This document shows positions 29,002 through 39,515 of a DNA stretch of 64,000 nt, in pieces. Position numbers and translations under genes: made by a program. Position 1 is the first letter of the stretch; each line of letters starts with the position of its first letter. The stretch spans positions 2,016,001-2,080,000 of the forward strand of contig CBDCWG010000012.1 of NCBI GenBank assembly GCA_965223345.1. Reading direction: 5' to 3'. Source of the stretch: Nitrospinales bacterium. Lineage in GTDB: Bacteria > Nitrospinota > Nitrospinia > Nitrospinales > VA-1. The notes beneath the pieces are model-generated. The model saw nothing but the letters and a program-made list of their open reading frames with translations. It was not told the origin of the DNA and did no database searches.

Positions 29002-29233
29002 TCTTTTTTCTCCCCGGTGTTAAGGATGGTGTCCCACGATTTTTTTATTTACCACGTATCGGTCTACCTATATATCACATTTCGGGGCGGCGAATCAAGA
29101 ATAGTTGTTGAAAAAACAGTGCTTTAAAGTTCGGATATTGCGGCAGCGCCTGAGGGGAAGAGGGGAGGCCGGTGCGGCCCGCCCGTAGCCAAAGGCCACG
29201 GGGCGGGTTCACCGCATGGGCGTTGGATGAGGG

Positions 29234-30025
29234 TCAGTTGCCGAACACGCGCTGGAAAAAGTTCTGCATGGCTTTCCAGGAGCGTTCGTCCGCCTGCTTG
29301 TCGTACTTGAGCGCGTCGATGCCGAATTTTTCCCGGAACGCGTCCGCCTGGGGATTGGTGAAGCTGTGCCGCACCCCGGCGAGGCTGAGGTAGGTCACAT
29401 CGGCGTTCGCCGTTACCATCTCCTGCATGAATTTGGCCACCGCTTCGGGTTTGAGGAAGCCATCCTCCGACCCGTTGATGACCATCACCGCGGTGTTGAC
29501 CTTGCCTTTTTCCACCGGTGGCGCATCGGGGAGGGCGCTGTGAAACGCCACGACCCCTTTCAGGTCAGCTCCGCCGCGCGCCATCTTGAGCGACACCGCG
29601 CCGCCGAAGCAGAAGCCGATCGCACCGATGCGCGCGGCGTCCACCGTCGCGTGCTCCTGCAACAGCTTCATCGCGGCGTTGAATTTGGCCTGGCTGCCCG
29701 GCCAGTCCTTGAACGCGGCGTTCATGAACTCCCCGGCCTTGTCCGGGTGGTCCGCCAGTTTGCCGTCGCCGTACATGTCCAGCGCCAGGGCGGTGTAGCC
29801 GAGTTTGGCGAGCATCTCCGCGCGGTCGCGGGCGTGTTTGTTGTGGCCCCACCATTCGTGGACCACCAGGATTCCGGGGCGCTTGCCTTTGACGGCGGAA
29901 TCGGTGGCGAGGTAGCCTTTCAGTTTCACTCCGCCTGCGCTGTAATTGACTTCTTCGGTCTTTATGTCCGCGTGGGCGGTGGTGGTGAGTGTGAGAAACA
30001 ATGCGATAGAGATGAGAGTTTTCAT
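29234..30025 (-). CDS. Dienelactone hydrolase family protein (exported)
   Basis: HEWWG, GFCFGG nucleophile elbow, HSFTNP; signal peptide ending AHA. Confidence 0.9.
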   Translation of the reverse strand: MKTLISIALFLTLTTTAHADIKTEEVNYSAGGVKLKGYLATDSAVKGKRPGILVVHEWWGHNKHARDRAEMLAKLGYTALALDMYGDGKLADHPDKAGEFMNAAFKDWPGSQAKFNAAMKLLQEHATVDAARIGAIGFCFGGAVSLKMARGGADLKGVVAFHSALPDAPPVEKGKVNTAVMVINGSEDGFLKPEAVAKFMQEMVTANADVTYLSLAGVRHSFTNPQADAFREKFGIDALKYDKQADERSWKAMQNFFQRVFGN

Positions 30026-30304
30026 GATAACGATCTCGGGTTGCGTTGCTTGGGTTGATGGATCCGGTTCGCTGAAAAAGTTCAAACCACCTCAAAGCCG
30101 CCGCAGGGCGCGGATGTCTGCGTCTTTTCGTAAGGTGCGATTCGCGCAGGATCGCACCCGCGCCGCCTGCCTGCAAGACTTGAGGTTGCCTGAAATCATA
30201 TCACAAATCGGGAGACCCGATCCTCAGGGAGTGGGAAACCGGGAAATGGGGGTATAATTTCTTCTGCCCAAACGAAAACCGGTCACTCGGTGTGAGGCGA
30301 AGCG

Positions 30305-31201
30305 ATGCAGTGGAAGAATGACATCCCGTGGAACGGGCTCGGGGTCGAGGTCAGCGGCAAGCTGTCTCCCCGTGAAATGGTGTACCTGCTGAAGCTCGAT
30401 TTTGAGACCTCCCGGGTGCCGTCGGGCCGACCCAAGTCGTTCGCCAACCAGGAGACGTTTCAGTTCTTCAAAGCCTTCAGCGAGCACGGCGGCGCGGCTC
30501 TGGAGACCATCGGGATTCTGGACAGGGGCCGCATCCTCTGGGGGCTGGCCGGTCTGCCGGATGCGTTCACCGTGAAAGAAACGGACCCGATGAAAAGCTA
30601 CCTGTTGCTCGCCTCGCGCAACGAGACCCGCGACCGTATCGAAGTGCATTTCATGGCGCTGCGGCCGGCCGCCAGCGTCCTGCATCCGGTGACCTCCAAA
30701 GCGCGGACCTCGTTCAAGAACATCTGCCGCAAGCCCTTCACGGCGCAGTTCCCCTTCATGTCGCACGACACCAGCAAGTTCGACGACAGCATGATCAAAA
30801 AGACCCAGGAGGCGGTCGGTCTCGGGCGGGAGGCGATTGCCGCTTTCGCCGCCGATGCCGAGCGGCTGGCAGACAAAACCGTGGACGATGCGACCGCGCA
30901 TCGCTATATGTTCGATGTGTTCCAGCCGGATGCGGTCAAGGAGATGTCAGAGATCGGCAGCAGGGAGATCGAAAAAGTGGCGGACAAGAAAACCCGCACC
31001 GCCATCGAGGCGATCCACAACGCGCCGGGGCAGGATCGGGAACCGGCTCACAAGACCGCGTGGGGATTGCTCAACGCCGTGACCTATGCGATCGACCATC
31101 GTCTCGGCAGCAATGCCGATTCGCGTTTGCGGCTGGGCTGGTTCGGCCCGCACGCAAAAATCAAGCAGCGGGCGTACGAGCTGGCACTGGCGTTGCTGTA
31201 A
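30305..31201 (+). CDS. DUF932 family (phage/plasmid-associated) protein
   Basis: PW.GLG N-terminus, LETIG.LD.GR..W.LA, TAWGLLNAVT.AIDH, WFG..KIKQRA. Confidence 0.8.
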   Translation: MQWKNDIPWNGLGVEVSGKLSPREMVYLLKLDFETSRVPSGRPKSFANQETFQFFKAFSEHGGAALETIGILDRGRILWGLAGLPDAFTVKETDPMKSYLLLASRNETRDRIEVHFMALRPAASVLHPVTSKARTSFKNICRKPFTAQFPFMSHDTSKFDDSMIKKTQEAVGLGREAIAAFAADAERLADKTVDDATAHRYMFDVFQPDAVKEMSEIGSREIEKVADKKTRTAIEAIHNAPGQDREPAHKTAWGLLNAVTYAIDHRLGSNADSRLRLGWFGPHAKIKQRAYELALALL

Positions 31202-31285
31202 CGAAAAATCATTTCCTGCCAAGCTCAATACCGATTGAAAGCTCCAGGGATTAGGTAACCGCGAAATTTTTCCAATGGGAATCCA

Positions 31286-31648
31286 ATGAGGGACAACATT
31301 GAAGTTGAAGAATTTGCAATTAATCTTGGATGGCGGTTTTATTTAAAAGAAGACTTTCCCGGAATCAATGAATTAAACGATGCAGTGATAATAATTGTCC
31401 CTCAATGGAGCCCTAAATGCCAAAAGATAGTTGAAGGAATCTCAGAAGAAATCAATGCTTTAGGGGCGCCTGTCTGTGTTTTTGATATTGATAACTTTCG
31501 CTCTCCAGAAGGTATACAAAAAATATTTCCTGACTTTCCAATAATAATTCAAACTCCAGTTTTCGGTTTTTATAGAAATAAATCTCTAGTAAAAATGATT
31601 CAGGGAGCAAACTTGGTCGAAGAATTTAAAAAGTTTAAATATGAGTAA
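31286..31648 (+). CDS. Low-GC hypothetical protein, thioredoxin-fold-like
   Basis: WSPKC in the CxxC position, QTP cis-Pro-like motif; strongly AT-rich relative to its neighbours. Confidence 0.55.
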   Translation: MRDNIEVEEFAINLGWRFYLKEDFPGINELNDAVIIIVPQWSPKCQKIVEGISEEINALGAPVCVFDIDNFRSPEGIQKIFPDFPIIIQTPVFGFYRNKSLVKMIQGANLVEEFKKFKYE

Positions 31649-31723
31649 GAAAATATCAGCTTTTCACCGATTTTGAGACCTAACTTTCCGGGACTCAACC
31701 CACACGCGCAGCCCAAACTCCGA

Positions 31724-34700
31724 TCAAGCTTCCATGAAATCATCAAACTCACCGCGCTTCCGGTACACGGTTTTGTACAGCGTGGGCAGCACGAACAGAG
31801 TGAGGACGGTCGAGGAAAGGATCCCGCCGATCACCACGGTGGCGAGCGGGCGCTGCACTTCCGCTCCAGTGCCGGTGGCCAGTGCCATGGGCAGAAAGCC
31901 GAGCGAGGCGACCAGCGCGGTCATGATGATGGGGCGCAGCCGGGTGAGCGCGCCGTGCTCGATCGCTTCATCCAGCGGCACGCCGTCTTCCCGGAGCTTG
32001 CTGATGAAGGAGATCATGACGATGCCGTTGAGCACCGCCACGCCGGACAGGGCGATGAACCCGACGGCGGCGGAGATCGACAGCGGGATGCCGCGCATCC
32101 ACAGGGATAAAAAGCCGCCGGTGAGCGCCAGCGGAACGCCGGAAAACACCAGCAGGGAATTTTTGATCGACCCGAACGCCGCGAAAAGCAGCACGAGGAT
32201 GAAGCCGAGGGCGATGGGAACGACGATCCACAGGCGTTTCCCCGCAGAGAGCAAATGCTCGAACTGGCCGCCCCAGGTGAACCAGTAACCGGCGGGCAGG
32301 GAAATCTTCTCGTCGATGGCTTTCTGCGCCTCGTCCACGAACGAGCCCAGGTCGCGCCCGCGCACGTTGGCGGTGACGACCACGCGCCGCTTGCTGTTTT
32401 CGCGGCTGATCTGGTTTGGCCCTTTCGTCAGGTCGAAGTCCGCGACGGTTCCCAGCGGGATGGTGCGGGTGCGTGCCTCGCTGCCGGACTGATCCGCTGT
32501 GGACACGCGGTGCTCGGTGGTGGTTTTTTCGGGAAAGGGGATGGGAATCCGTTTTAAAAGTTCCAGGTTGGTCCGGGTTTTCTCGGGCAGGCGCACCATC
32601 AGGTCGAAACGCCGGTCCCCTTCGTACACCTGGCCCGCGATCTTGCCGCCGACGGCGATTGCCACCACCTCCTGCACGTCGGCCACATTGAGTCCCAATC
32701 GCGCCATCTCCATGCGGTCGAGCTTCAAAGACAGGATCGGCAGGCCGCTCACCTGCTCGACGCGCACGTCGGAAGCGCCGGGGATCTCCGGCAGCAGGTG
32801 CGCCACCTCATCGGCCTTGGCGAGCAGCACGTCGAGATCGTCGCCGAAGATCTTCACCGCCACGTCGCTGCGCACGCCGGCGATCAACTCGTTGAAGCGC
32901 ATCTGGATGGGCTGGGTGATTTCATACTTGTTGCCCGGCACCTCCGCCAGTTTCCGTTCGATTTTTTTTGTCAGCTCCGATTTCGGCATTTTCGGGTCGG
33001 CCCACCGCTCGCGCGGTTTCACCATCGCAAACACGTCCGCCACGCTGGGAGGCATGGGGTCGGTGGCGATGTCGGGGGTGCCGATCTTGGCGAACACGTG
33101 GTCGATTTCGGGCACCTCGCGGATCTTGTCCTCGAGCGTGTCCTGCATGCGGACGGCCTGCGACAGGCTCGTCCCCGGCACCCGTAAAGCGTGGATGGCG
33201 TAATCGCCCTCGTCCAGGGTCGGCAGGAACTCGCTGCCCATGCGGGTGGAGAGCAAAAGGCTCAAGGCGACCAGCACGCTGGAAAGGGTGATGACGACGG
33301 GGCGGTTGTTCAGGGACCAGCGCAGCCCCGGTGCGTAAAGTCTTCGCAGCCAGGCCATCACGGTGTTTTCCTTTTCCGTCACGCGGCCGCTGGCGAATTG
33401 CGCCATCATGGCGGGGATGAAGGTGATGGACAGGATCAGCGCCCCGGCCAGGGCCGCCAGCACGGTGAACGCCATGGGCTTGAACATCTTGCCTTCGACG
33501 CCGGTGAGGGTGAGGATGGGCAGGTACACCACCATGATGATGAACACGCCGAAGATGCTGGGTCGGGAGACCTGCGCCGCCGCAGCGCGCACCACGGCGA
33601 AGCGTTCCTCGCGTTTGAGCAGCCGGCCGAGCCGCTTCTGCTCCTCCGCCAGACGGCGGCTGCAGTTTTCCACGATGATGACCGCGCCGTCCACGATGAT
33701 GCCGAAATCGATGGCGCCGAGGCTCAACAGGTTGCCGCTGATGCGGTTGCTCACCATGCCGGTCACCGCGAATAGCATGGACAGCGGAATCACCAGCGCC
33801 GTGATGACCGCGGCGCGGATGTTGCCCAACAGCAGGAACAGCACGGCGATCACCAGCACCGCGCCTTCCAGCAGGTTGTTGCGCACGGTCTTGAGCGTGG
33901 CGTTCACCAGCTTGGTGCGGTCGTAAACGGTGGTCGCAGTCACCGCTTCGGGGAGGGTGCGGTTGATTTTTTCCATCCTCTCTGCTACCCGCTGCGAGAC
34001 CGAGCGGCTGTTTTCGCCTTTCAGCATCAGCACGGTCCCGAGCACCGTTTCCCTGCCGTTGCGGGTGGCGGCGCCGGTGCGCAGCTCCCTGCCGAGCGCG
34101 ACTTCCGCCAGATCCTGGATGTACACGGGGACGCCGCGGTGCGTGCCGACCACGATGCGTTTGATGTCCTCGATCCCCGCTACCTGGCCCGGCGCGCGGA
34201 TCAGGTACTGCTCGCCGCTATGTTCGATGTAGCCCGCGCCCTGATTGGCGTTGTTGGCCGCCAGCGCTTCCATGACCTGACGGAAGGTCACGTTGTAGGC
34301 GATGAGTTTCTGGGGATCGGGGGCGACGTGGTACTGCTTGACGAAGCCGCCGGCGCTGTTGACTTCCGTCACTCCCGGCAGGGTCATCAACTGCGGCTTG
34401 ATGATCCACTCCTGCACGGTTCGAAGGTGCATGGAGTTGAGCAGCTCGTCTTCGGGAGATGAAACGCTGTCGGTTTCCTCATTCTTTTCCACCGCCCACA
34501 TGAAGACCTCGCCGAGGCCGGTGGCGATGGGGCCCATCGTGGGTTCGATCCCGGAAGGCAGCGACGTTTTCACCTGCTGCAGGCGCTGGCTGATCAACTG
34601 CCGGGCGAAGTAGATGTCGGTGTCGTCCTCGAAGATGGCGGTGACCTGGGACAGGCCGTAACGGGAAAGCGAGCGCACGTGCGCCAGTTTGGGCAACCCG

Positions 34701-34921
34701 GCGATGGCGGTTTCGACGGGAAAGGTGATGCGCTGCTCGACCTCCAGCGGCGTGTAGCCCGGCGCTTCGGAGTTGATCTGCACCTGCACGTTGGTGATGT
34801 CCGGCACGGCGTCGATGGGAAGGATGTTGAAGTTGTAGATTCCCAGAAGCGCGATCACGAGCGTGGCGAGGATCACGAAGATCCGCTGTTTGATTGAGAC
34901 CTCGATTATTTTTTCAAGCAT
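31724..34921 (-). CDS. czcA: CzcA/CusA family heavy-metal efflux RND permease
   Basis: LPIDAVPDITNVQVQI, GAIDFGIIVDGAVIIVEN, GVAVLNG, RLRPIIMTALVASLGFLPMA..GAEVQRPLA. Confidence 0.93.
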   Translation of the reverse strand: MLEKIIEVSIKQRIFVILATLVIALLGIYNFNILPIDAVPDITNVQVQINSEAPGYTPLEVEQRITFPVETAIAGLPKLAHVRSLSRYGLSQVTAIFEDDTDIYFARQLISQRLQQVKTSLPSGIEPTMGPIATGLGEVFMWAVEKNEETDSVSSPEDELLNSMHLRTVQEWIIKPQLMTLPGVTEVNSAGGFVKQYHVAPDPQKLIAYNVTFRQVMEALAANNANQGAGYIEHSGEQYLIRAPGQVAGIEDIKRIVVGTHRGVPVYIQDLAEVALGRELRTGAATRNGRETVLGTVLMLKGENSRSVSQRVAERMEKINRTLPEAVTATTVYDRTKLVNATLKTVRNNLLEGAVLVIAVLFLLLGNIRAAVITALVIPLSMLFAVTGMVSNRISGNLLSLGAIDFGIIVDGAVIIVENCSRRLAEEQKRLGRLLKREERFAVVRAAAAQVSRPSIFGVFIIMVVYLPILTLTGVEGKMFKPMAFTVLAALAGALILSITFIPAMMAQFASGRVTEKENTVMAWLRRLYAPGLRWSLNNRPVVITLSSVLVALSLLLSTRMGSEFLPTLDEGDYAIHALRVPGTSLSQAVRMQDTLEDKIREVPEIDHVFAKIGTPDIATDPMPPSVADVFAMVKPRERWADPKMPKSELTKKIERKLAEVPGNKYEITQPIQMRFNELIAGVRSDVAVKIFGDDLDVLLAKADEVAHLLPEIPGASDVRVEQVSGLPILSLKLDRMEMARLGLNVADVQEVVAIAVGGKIAGQVYEGDRRFDLMVRLPEKTRTNLELLKRIPIPFPEKTTTEHRVSTADQSGSEARTRTIPLGTVADFDLTKGPNQISRENSKRRVVVTANVRGRDLGSFVDEAQKAIDEKISLPAGYWFTWGGQFEHLLSAGKRLWIVVPIALGFILVLLFAAFGSIKNSLLVFSGVPLALTGGFLSLWMRGIPLSISAAVGFIALSGVAVLNGIVMISFISKLREDGVPLDEAIEHGALTRLRPIIMTALVASLGFLPMALATGTGAEVQRPLATVVIGGILSSTVLTLFVLPTLYKTVYRKRGEFDDFMEA

Positions 34922-34930
34922 CTCATCACC

Positions 34931-36748
34931 TCAGTGCGAATGCGTTGCGCCGGATTTTTCGATTTCCGCTTTCACGGCGAAACTGTTCTGCGCCGCATAG
35001 AGCTCGCCGCCGGAAAGACCTTCCAGCACTTCGACAAACGTGCCGTCGTTCTCGCCGAGCGTCAGCGGCTGCGCTTCAAAGAGATTGCCATAACGGACAA
35101 ACACCACCGACCAGTCCCTGAGGGTTTGCACGGCCCCGGAACGCACGGCCACCGGCGCTTCGCGATCATTCAATACCAGTTCGACGGTCACGAAGGTTCC
35201 CGGCCGCCAGGACCGGTCCGTGTTGGCAATGACGACGCGGGCGGTCACGGTGCGGGTGTTCTCTTCGATGATGGAACCGAGAAAGGTCAGCGTTCCCTCG
35301 GCTTCCTTGTCCAGGTGCTCGCCCCTGACTTTGACAAGCTGCCCCAGGCGCACGTTTTTCACTTCTTTTGCGGGGATGTCGATGTTCACCCAGACATTGG
35401 AAAGGTCCGCCAGCAGGAAGATGTCGTCGTCCTTTTTCACCGCTTCGCCGGTGGTCAAATGTTTTTTGATGACGGTGCCCTTCAGGGTGGAGCGCAGTTC
35501 GTACTCGGTGAATTTCCGCCCCTTCTCGTTCGCCAGCCCTTTGATCTCGCGGCGGGTGAGCCCCAGGGCGAGCAGCTTCTGGGTCGCGGTCTGCAAGTTG
35601 AGATTTTCCATCTCCATATTTTTCTTCTTCTGCCGCAATCCCCAATCGCCGTCATAGGCGATTTTTTCCCGCAGGGCGAGATAGGTCGCCTCGGCGCTTT
35701 TGACATTTTCCAGCGCCTGCAAAAATTCCGACTCGGAAGAGATGCCTTTTTCGAACAGGCGTTTTTCCCGCTGGTACACCGATTGCGCGAGCTGCACCTT
35801 GGCGTAGGCGGGAAGCAGCTGTTCGCGGTTCTCGCCGATCGGCAGGTCCTGCAGGCGGCGGTAGATCTCCTCGATCTCGAGTTTTTGCTGCAAGAGGTCG
35901 AGCATCTGTTGCGTGTTCGCGTAGATGATGTTTTCCCGCTCCAGGTCGGCCTGCACCAGTTCGCTCTGCTTGACGGCGGAGAGGTAGTTGATTTTCGCAT
36001 CCGCCAGCTCGCGGCTTTCCAGCACGGCGATCAGCTCCCCCTTTTTCACCTGGTCCCCCATGTCCTTGAACACTTTCTTGACGACGCCGTCCAGACGCGG
36101 AACGATGTGCACCACTTTTTCCTCGTTGAGCGCGATCTCTCCGGTCAGGCGCAGGACCTCCTGCAAGCGGGCGGGGCGGGCGGAATCCAGCACGATTCCC
36201 GCGGCCCGCATCGCCGCTTCGGAGAACTCCGCCTGTGCTTCGACCTGGGAAAAGGACCAATCGTAGGTGTTGCCTTTCCAGTGCGCTTGAATTTTTGCGA
36301 CGAAGGAATGCGGTTCGGAAACCTCGCGTTCTCCGAGCAGAAACTCTCCCGCCGGTTGAAAGCCGATGACATCGGTGCGCCCCAGCCGCTGCAGTTCGAT
36401 TTTCAGTTGCACTTCGCCGGGGTCGATGGGTTCGCCGGATGTGCGGCGGACGTACACGCGAAACTGCGGCGGCACGCCGTTTTCGTAAATCGTGACCTCG
36501 GTCTGGAATCCGCGCGAAGAAAACAGCCAGCCGCCGCGCGGTCCCCTGCGAACCTCCGCCTCCATGCCGGAATGCCCGGACTCATCCGAATGGCCATGTC
36601 CGATTTCAGCAGTATGGGAATTCCCGGAGTCGTGCATATGGGAATCGCTTTCGCTTGTGGTCTGCGGCTCCATCGTCCAGATGATTCCGGCCAGCACCGC
36701 GCCGGCGAGCAGGATGACGATCACGGGTTTTGAAAACAGCTCTTTCAT
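34931..36748 (-). CDS. czcB: CzcB-like RND periplasmic adaptor with His-rich N-terminal extension
   Basis: TM anchor, His-rich segment, lipoyl halves around a long helical hairpin, TRTV.AR, terminal HSH; lies between czcC and czcA. Confidence 0.85.
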   Translation of the reverse strand: MKELFSKPVIVILLAGAVLAGIIWTMEPQTTSESDSHMHDSGNSHTAEIGHGHSDESGHSGMEAEVRRGPRGGWLFSSRGFQTEVTIYENGVPPQFRVYVRRTSGEPIDPGEVQLKIELQRLGRTDVIGFQPAGEFLLGEREVSEPHSFVAKIQAHWKGNTYDWSFSQVEAQAEFSEAAMRAAGIVLDSARPARLQEVLRLTGEIALNEEKVVHIVPRLDGVVKKVFKDMGDQVKKGELIAVLESRELADAKINYLSAVKQSELVQADLERENIIYANTQQMLDLLQQKLEIEEIYRRLQDLPIGENREQLLPAYAKVQLAQSVYQREKRLFEKGISSESEFLQALENVKSAEATYLALREKIAYDGDWGLRQKKKNMEMENLNLQTATQKLLALGLTRREIKGLANEKGRKFTEYELRSTLKGTVIKKHLTTGEAVKKDDDIFLLADLSNVWVNIDIPAKEVKNVRLGQLVKVRGEHLDKEAEGTLTFLGSIIEENTRTVTARVVIANTDRSWRPGTFVTVELVLNDREAPVAVRSGAVQTLRDWSVVFVRYGNLFEAQPLTLGENDGTFVEVLEGLSGGELYAAQNSFAVKAEIEKSGATHSH

Positions 36749-38043
36749 CGCGCATCGCCTCCCTCACCCTCAGGCGCATTCGGCGTCAGAGGCACCGCTG
36801 TGAGACGCTCCACCTCGGAAACCGCCTTGTGGTAATCCGCCAGCGCTTCGAGATACTGCTCCTGCGCCTGAAACAGGGTTTTCTGGCTGTCCAGCACATC
36901 GAGCAGGGAGAATTTGCCGAAACGGTACCCTTCGCTCACCCCGTCGAAGGCCTGCTGCGCTCCGGGAAGGATGCTTTTCTTGATGGCGATCACCTGCGAA
37001 TGGGAAAAGGACAACCGGTGAAACGCCTGATGCAAGGCGTTTTGGGTTTTCAATTCCGCCGCGCGCCGTTCTTCCTGGCTCTTGAGCAGCTCGTTGCGGG
37101 CCCGCGCGATGCCGCCCTGGTTGCGATCAAAAAACTGCAGCGGCAGGGACAGGCCGAACAACACGGTGTCGTCGTTTGTGTCTTCCAAACGCCGGTAACC
37201 GCCGCTGATCTCAAGGTCGGGGATCCTCTTGGCCTGCTCCAGATCCAGGATCGCCTGCCGGTTCTGCTGCTCGGTCTGCCAGCGGGCGAGATCGGGATTG
37301 AGAAACGCATTGGCTTTGAGCTGCTTCAGGGATGGGACCGGGGAAATGGAATAAAGGTCGCCCACCACGGTGCCGAAAGACGGCTCGAGTTCTCCCAGCA
37401 GCAGGGACAACTTGCGGCGGGAGGATTCGAGGTCCATCCCCACCCGATCGCGCGCGACCCGGCTGGATGCGACGATGATTTCGCCTTTGGTCTTTTCAAG
37501 GCGCGGGACCTTGCCGGCCTTGATTCTTTCGGAAACCACCTCCAGAAAGCGCTCTTCCAACCGGGAAACCTCGTCGGCCAGGGACAGCCGGTGCTGGTCC
37601 TTCAATACGTTCACAAAGGATTTTGTGACCTGCGCCAGAACGTCCAGCCGTTTGCTCTCGTAATTCCATTCGGAAAGTTCCTGCGACAGGGTTCCCGATT
37701 GTTTCCGTTTGGAGCGCTTGCCTCCCAGCTCGATGAGCTGGCTGAGCTGGATCGTCGTCTCGGCCAGGTCGGAAGGGCCGAGGTTTTCGACCTGGATGCC
37801 CAGTTTCGGGTTGGGCAGCAGTCCGGATTGCAGGGCTTCGGCCTCTTTCACCCGGCGCGCGTAAGAGAAAGCCGCAAGTTCCGGGTTGTTGAGCAGAGCC
37901 CGTTCGATCGCCTGCGCCAGTGTGAGGGGCCGGTTGGGTTCGTTCTTGATCTGCATTTTTCCTTCCTGCTGGGCCCATCCGGTTGCGGACAGGGCTGCGC
38001 AAAGCAGAAGCGCCAGCAGAGAGGAGGATATCGCTCGTTTCAT
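36745..38043 (-). CDS. czcC: CzcC/TolC family outer-membrane efflux protein
   Basis: LTLAQAI..AL.NNPEL, LPNP.L, IELGGKR, PLQFFDRNQG, Y..GKFSLLDVLDSQ. Confidence 0.88.
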   Translation of the reverse strand: MKRAISSSLLALLLCAALSATGWAQQEGKMQIKNEPNRPLTLAQAIERALLNNPELAAFSYARRVKEAEALQSGLLPNPKLGIQVENLGPSDLAETTIQLSQLIELGGKRSKRKQSGTLSQELSEWNYESKRLDVLAQVTKSFVNVLKDQHRLSLADEVSRLEERFLEVVSERIKAGKVPRLEKTKGEIIVASSRVARDRVGMDLESSRRKLSLLLGELEPSFGTVVGDLYSISPVPSLKQLKANAFLNPDLARWQTEQQNRQAILDLEQAKRIPDLEISGGYRRLEDTNDDTVLFGLSLPLQFFDRNQGGIARARNELLKSQEERRAAELKTQNALHQAFHRLSFSHSQVIAIKKSILPGAQQAFDGVSEGYRFGKFSLLDVLDSQKTLFQAQEQYLEALADYHKAVSEVERLTAVPLTPNAPEGEGGDAR

Positions 38044-38180
38044 ATCCGTCTCCACGAACGGCGAGCGGGATCGCCGATCCAGAGTGCGCAAAGACACACC
38101 GGCAGAGCACGTCATTCCCAATGGAGACGTTGCTGCAGTTTGTCCTTACTCAGGGGTTGATTGGAAAAAGGGTTGCGACG

Positions 38181-38648
38181 TCAAACGAGCGAAACGGGGG
38201 GCGAACGTTCCTGCGGCCGGGAAAGAAAAACAGCGCTGGCATAAGGCCGCGCTTGCGAGAAGGATGATTCCGCCGAGGCGTATTTGAAATGAGAAGGCGG
38301 CTCATGCAGTGCCGGCAGTTTTTTTGCCTTGAGCAAAAATTCGGGCTTCAGCCCATCCTTGTCCAGATCGACTTTCTGGTGTTCGGACGCGGGGCCCTCA
38401 CACGGGCAGGAATGGGCGTGCTCACCGTGATGATCGTGGTCCGCAGGATGCAGGGCGAAGGCGTGTGCCAGTTGATGCAATTCCGGGCTGTGAATGTGCG
38501 CGTCGTGCGAATGCTCGGATGCGTGCCCGTCGTGCGCGTGAACCGTTTGCGGGTGGTAATGGATCAGGGGGGAAAAGAGAAAGCTGAAGACCCATATGAA
38601 CACGAAGGCAAAAAAAACGCCGGGTCTGCCTTTTAACCGCTGGGTCAT
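38181..38648 (-). CDS. His-rich exported protein heading the czc operon (CzcI-like position)
   Basis: Hydrophobic N-terminus, many His plus CPC, C-terminal RSPP; start uncertain. Confidence 0.6.
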   Translation of the reverse strand: MTQRLKGRPGVFFAFVFIWVFSFLFSPLIHYHPQTVHAHDGHASEHSHDAHIHSPELHQLAHAFALHPADHDHHGEHAHSCPCEGPASEHQKVDLDKDGLKPEFLLKAKKLPALHEPPSHFKYASAESSFSQARPYASAVFLSRPQERSPPVSLV

Positions 38649-38835
38649 CGGTCCACTCTCACACACAATTTCAGGATTATCCTTCATTGTATGAAAATTC
38701 AGTAAGTTATGGCAAATTTTTTTCGATCCCGTAAAAAAGCCTTTCACCATGAGGGTTTGCGGCTTTTTTCTCCACCGGAAGCGGATGGGCGGGCGGCGTT
38801 TTCAGGCGGGGCGGGGAGGGTGCGGTTTCAATGGG

Positions 38836-39222
38836 TCAGTCCTCTTTGAGCTTTAAGGTCCGCTGTATTTTGCTCGACAGGTTTTCCACGTCATAGGGCT
38901 TGGTGACGTAATTTTTGATCCCGCGGGTTCGGGCTTCAAGGATGTCTTCTTTCTTTTTCTTTGCGGTGAGCAAAATAAAAGGGATGTCCCCGGATTTCTT
39001 CTGGATCGCCTCGAACAACTCCAGCCCGTCCCGTTTGGGCAACTCCCAATCCGAGATCACCAGGTCGATCTTTTCTTTCGCGATCAATTCCAGGGCTTCT
39101 TCGCCGTCTCCGGCCAGCATGATGTCGGAAAACCCCATCTCCTTGAGCTGATTGGAAATCTGTTCCTGTGATTGAAGCTCATCGTCCACGATGAGAACGG
39201 TTTTTGCGATGGGTTTTTTCAT
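38836..39222 (-). CDS. Single-domain response regulator (CheY-like)
   Basis: LIVDDE, ISDWELP..DG, LLTA, YVTKPY. Confidence 0.9.
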   Translation of the reverse strand: MKKPIAKTVLIVDDELQSQEQISNQLKEMGFSDIMLAGDGEEALELIAKEKIDLVISDWELPKRDGLELFEAIQKKSGDIPFILLTAKKKKEDILEARTRGIKNYVTKPYDVENLSSKIQRTLKLKED

Positions 39223-39455
39223 CAAAGCCGGTCCGCGGAGAGTTGGAACGCTCGACTGCGATTGTTTTTATTGCCGTTTTGTATTGAAACCGGCAACAAT
39301 CTAACAGCGATTTTTAGTGTAAATAAAAAAACGAATACAAAATATCGTTAAAATCAATATTTGTCTGTAGGTGGAGGAAGACAGGCGGTCATTTAGTTAT
39401 TACAGGCCGGCGGGAGAGGCGCGGAGGGAGCGGACGGATGCGCTCTGATTTTAAT

Positions 39456-39501
39456 AAAAAAAGGGCTCCTGCCGAAAAAAACGGATCGGGGAGCCCTTTT
39501 T
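39456..39501. terminator. Rho-independent terminator downstream of the chemoreceptor gene
   Basis: AAAAAAAGGGCTCC...GGAGCCCTTTTT inverted repeat. Confidence 0.7.
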
Positions 39502-39515
39502 CGAAGAGTGGGTGA

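Noticed and set aside
30305..31648. Prophage or ICE at the DUF932 gene
   Set aside because: No integrase, relaxase, structural genes or att-like direct repeats were seen
34934..38160. 599-aa and 476-aa plus-strand ORFs
   Set aside because: Antisense shadows of czcB and czcC
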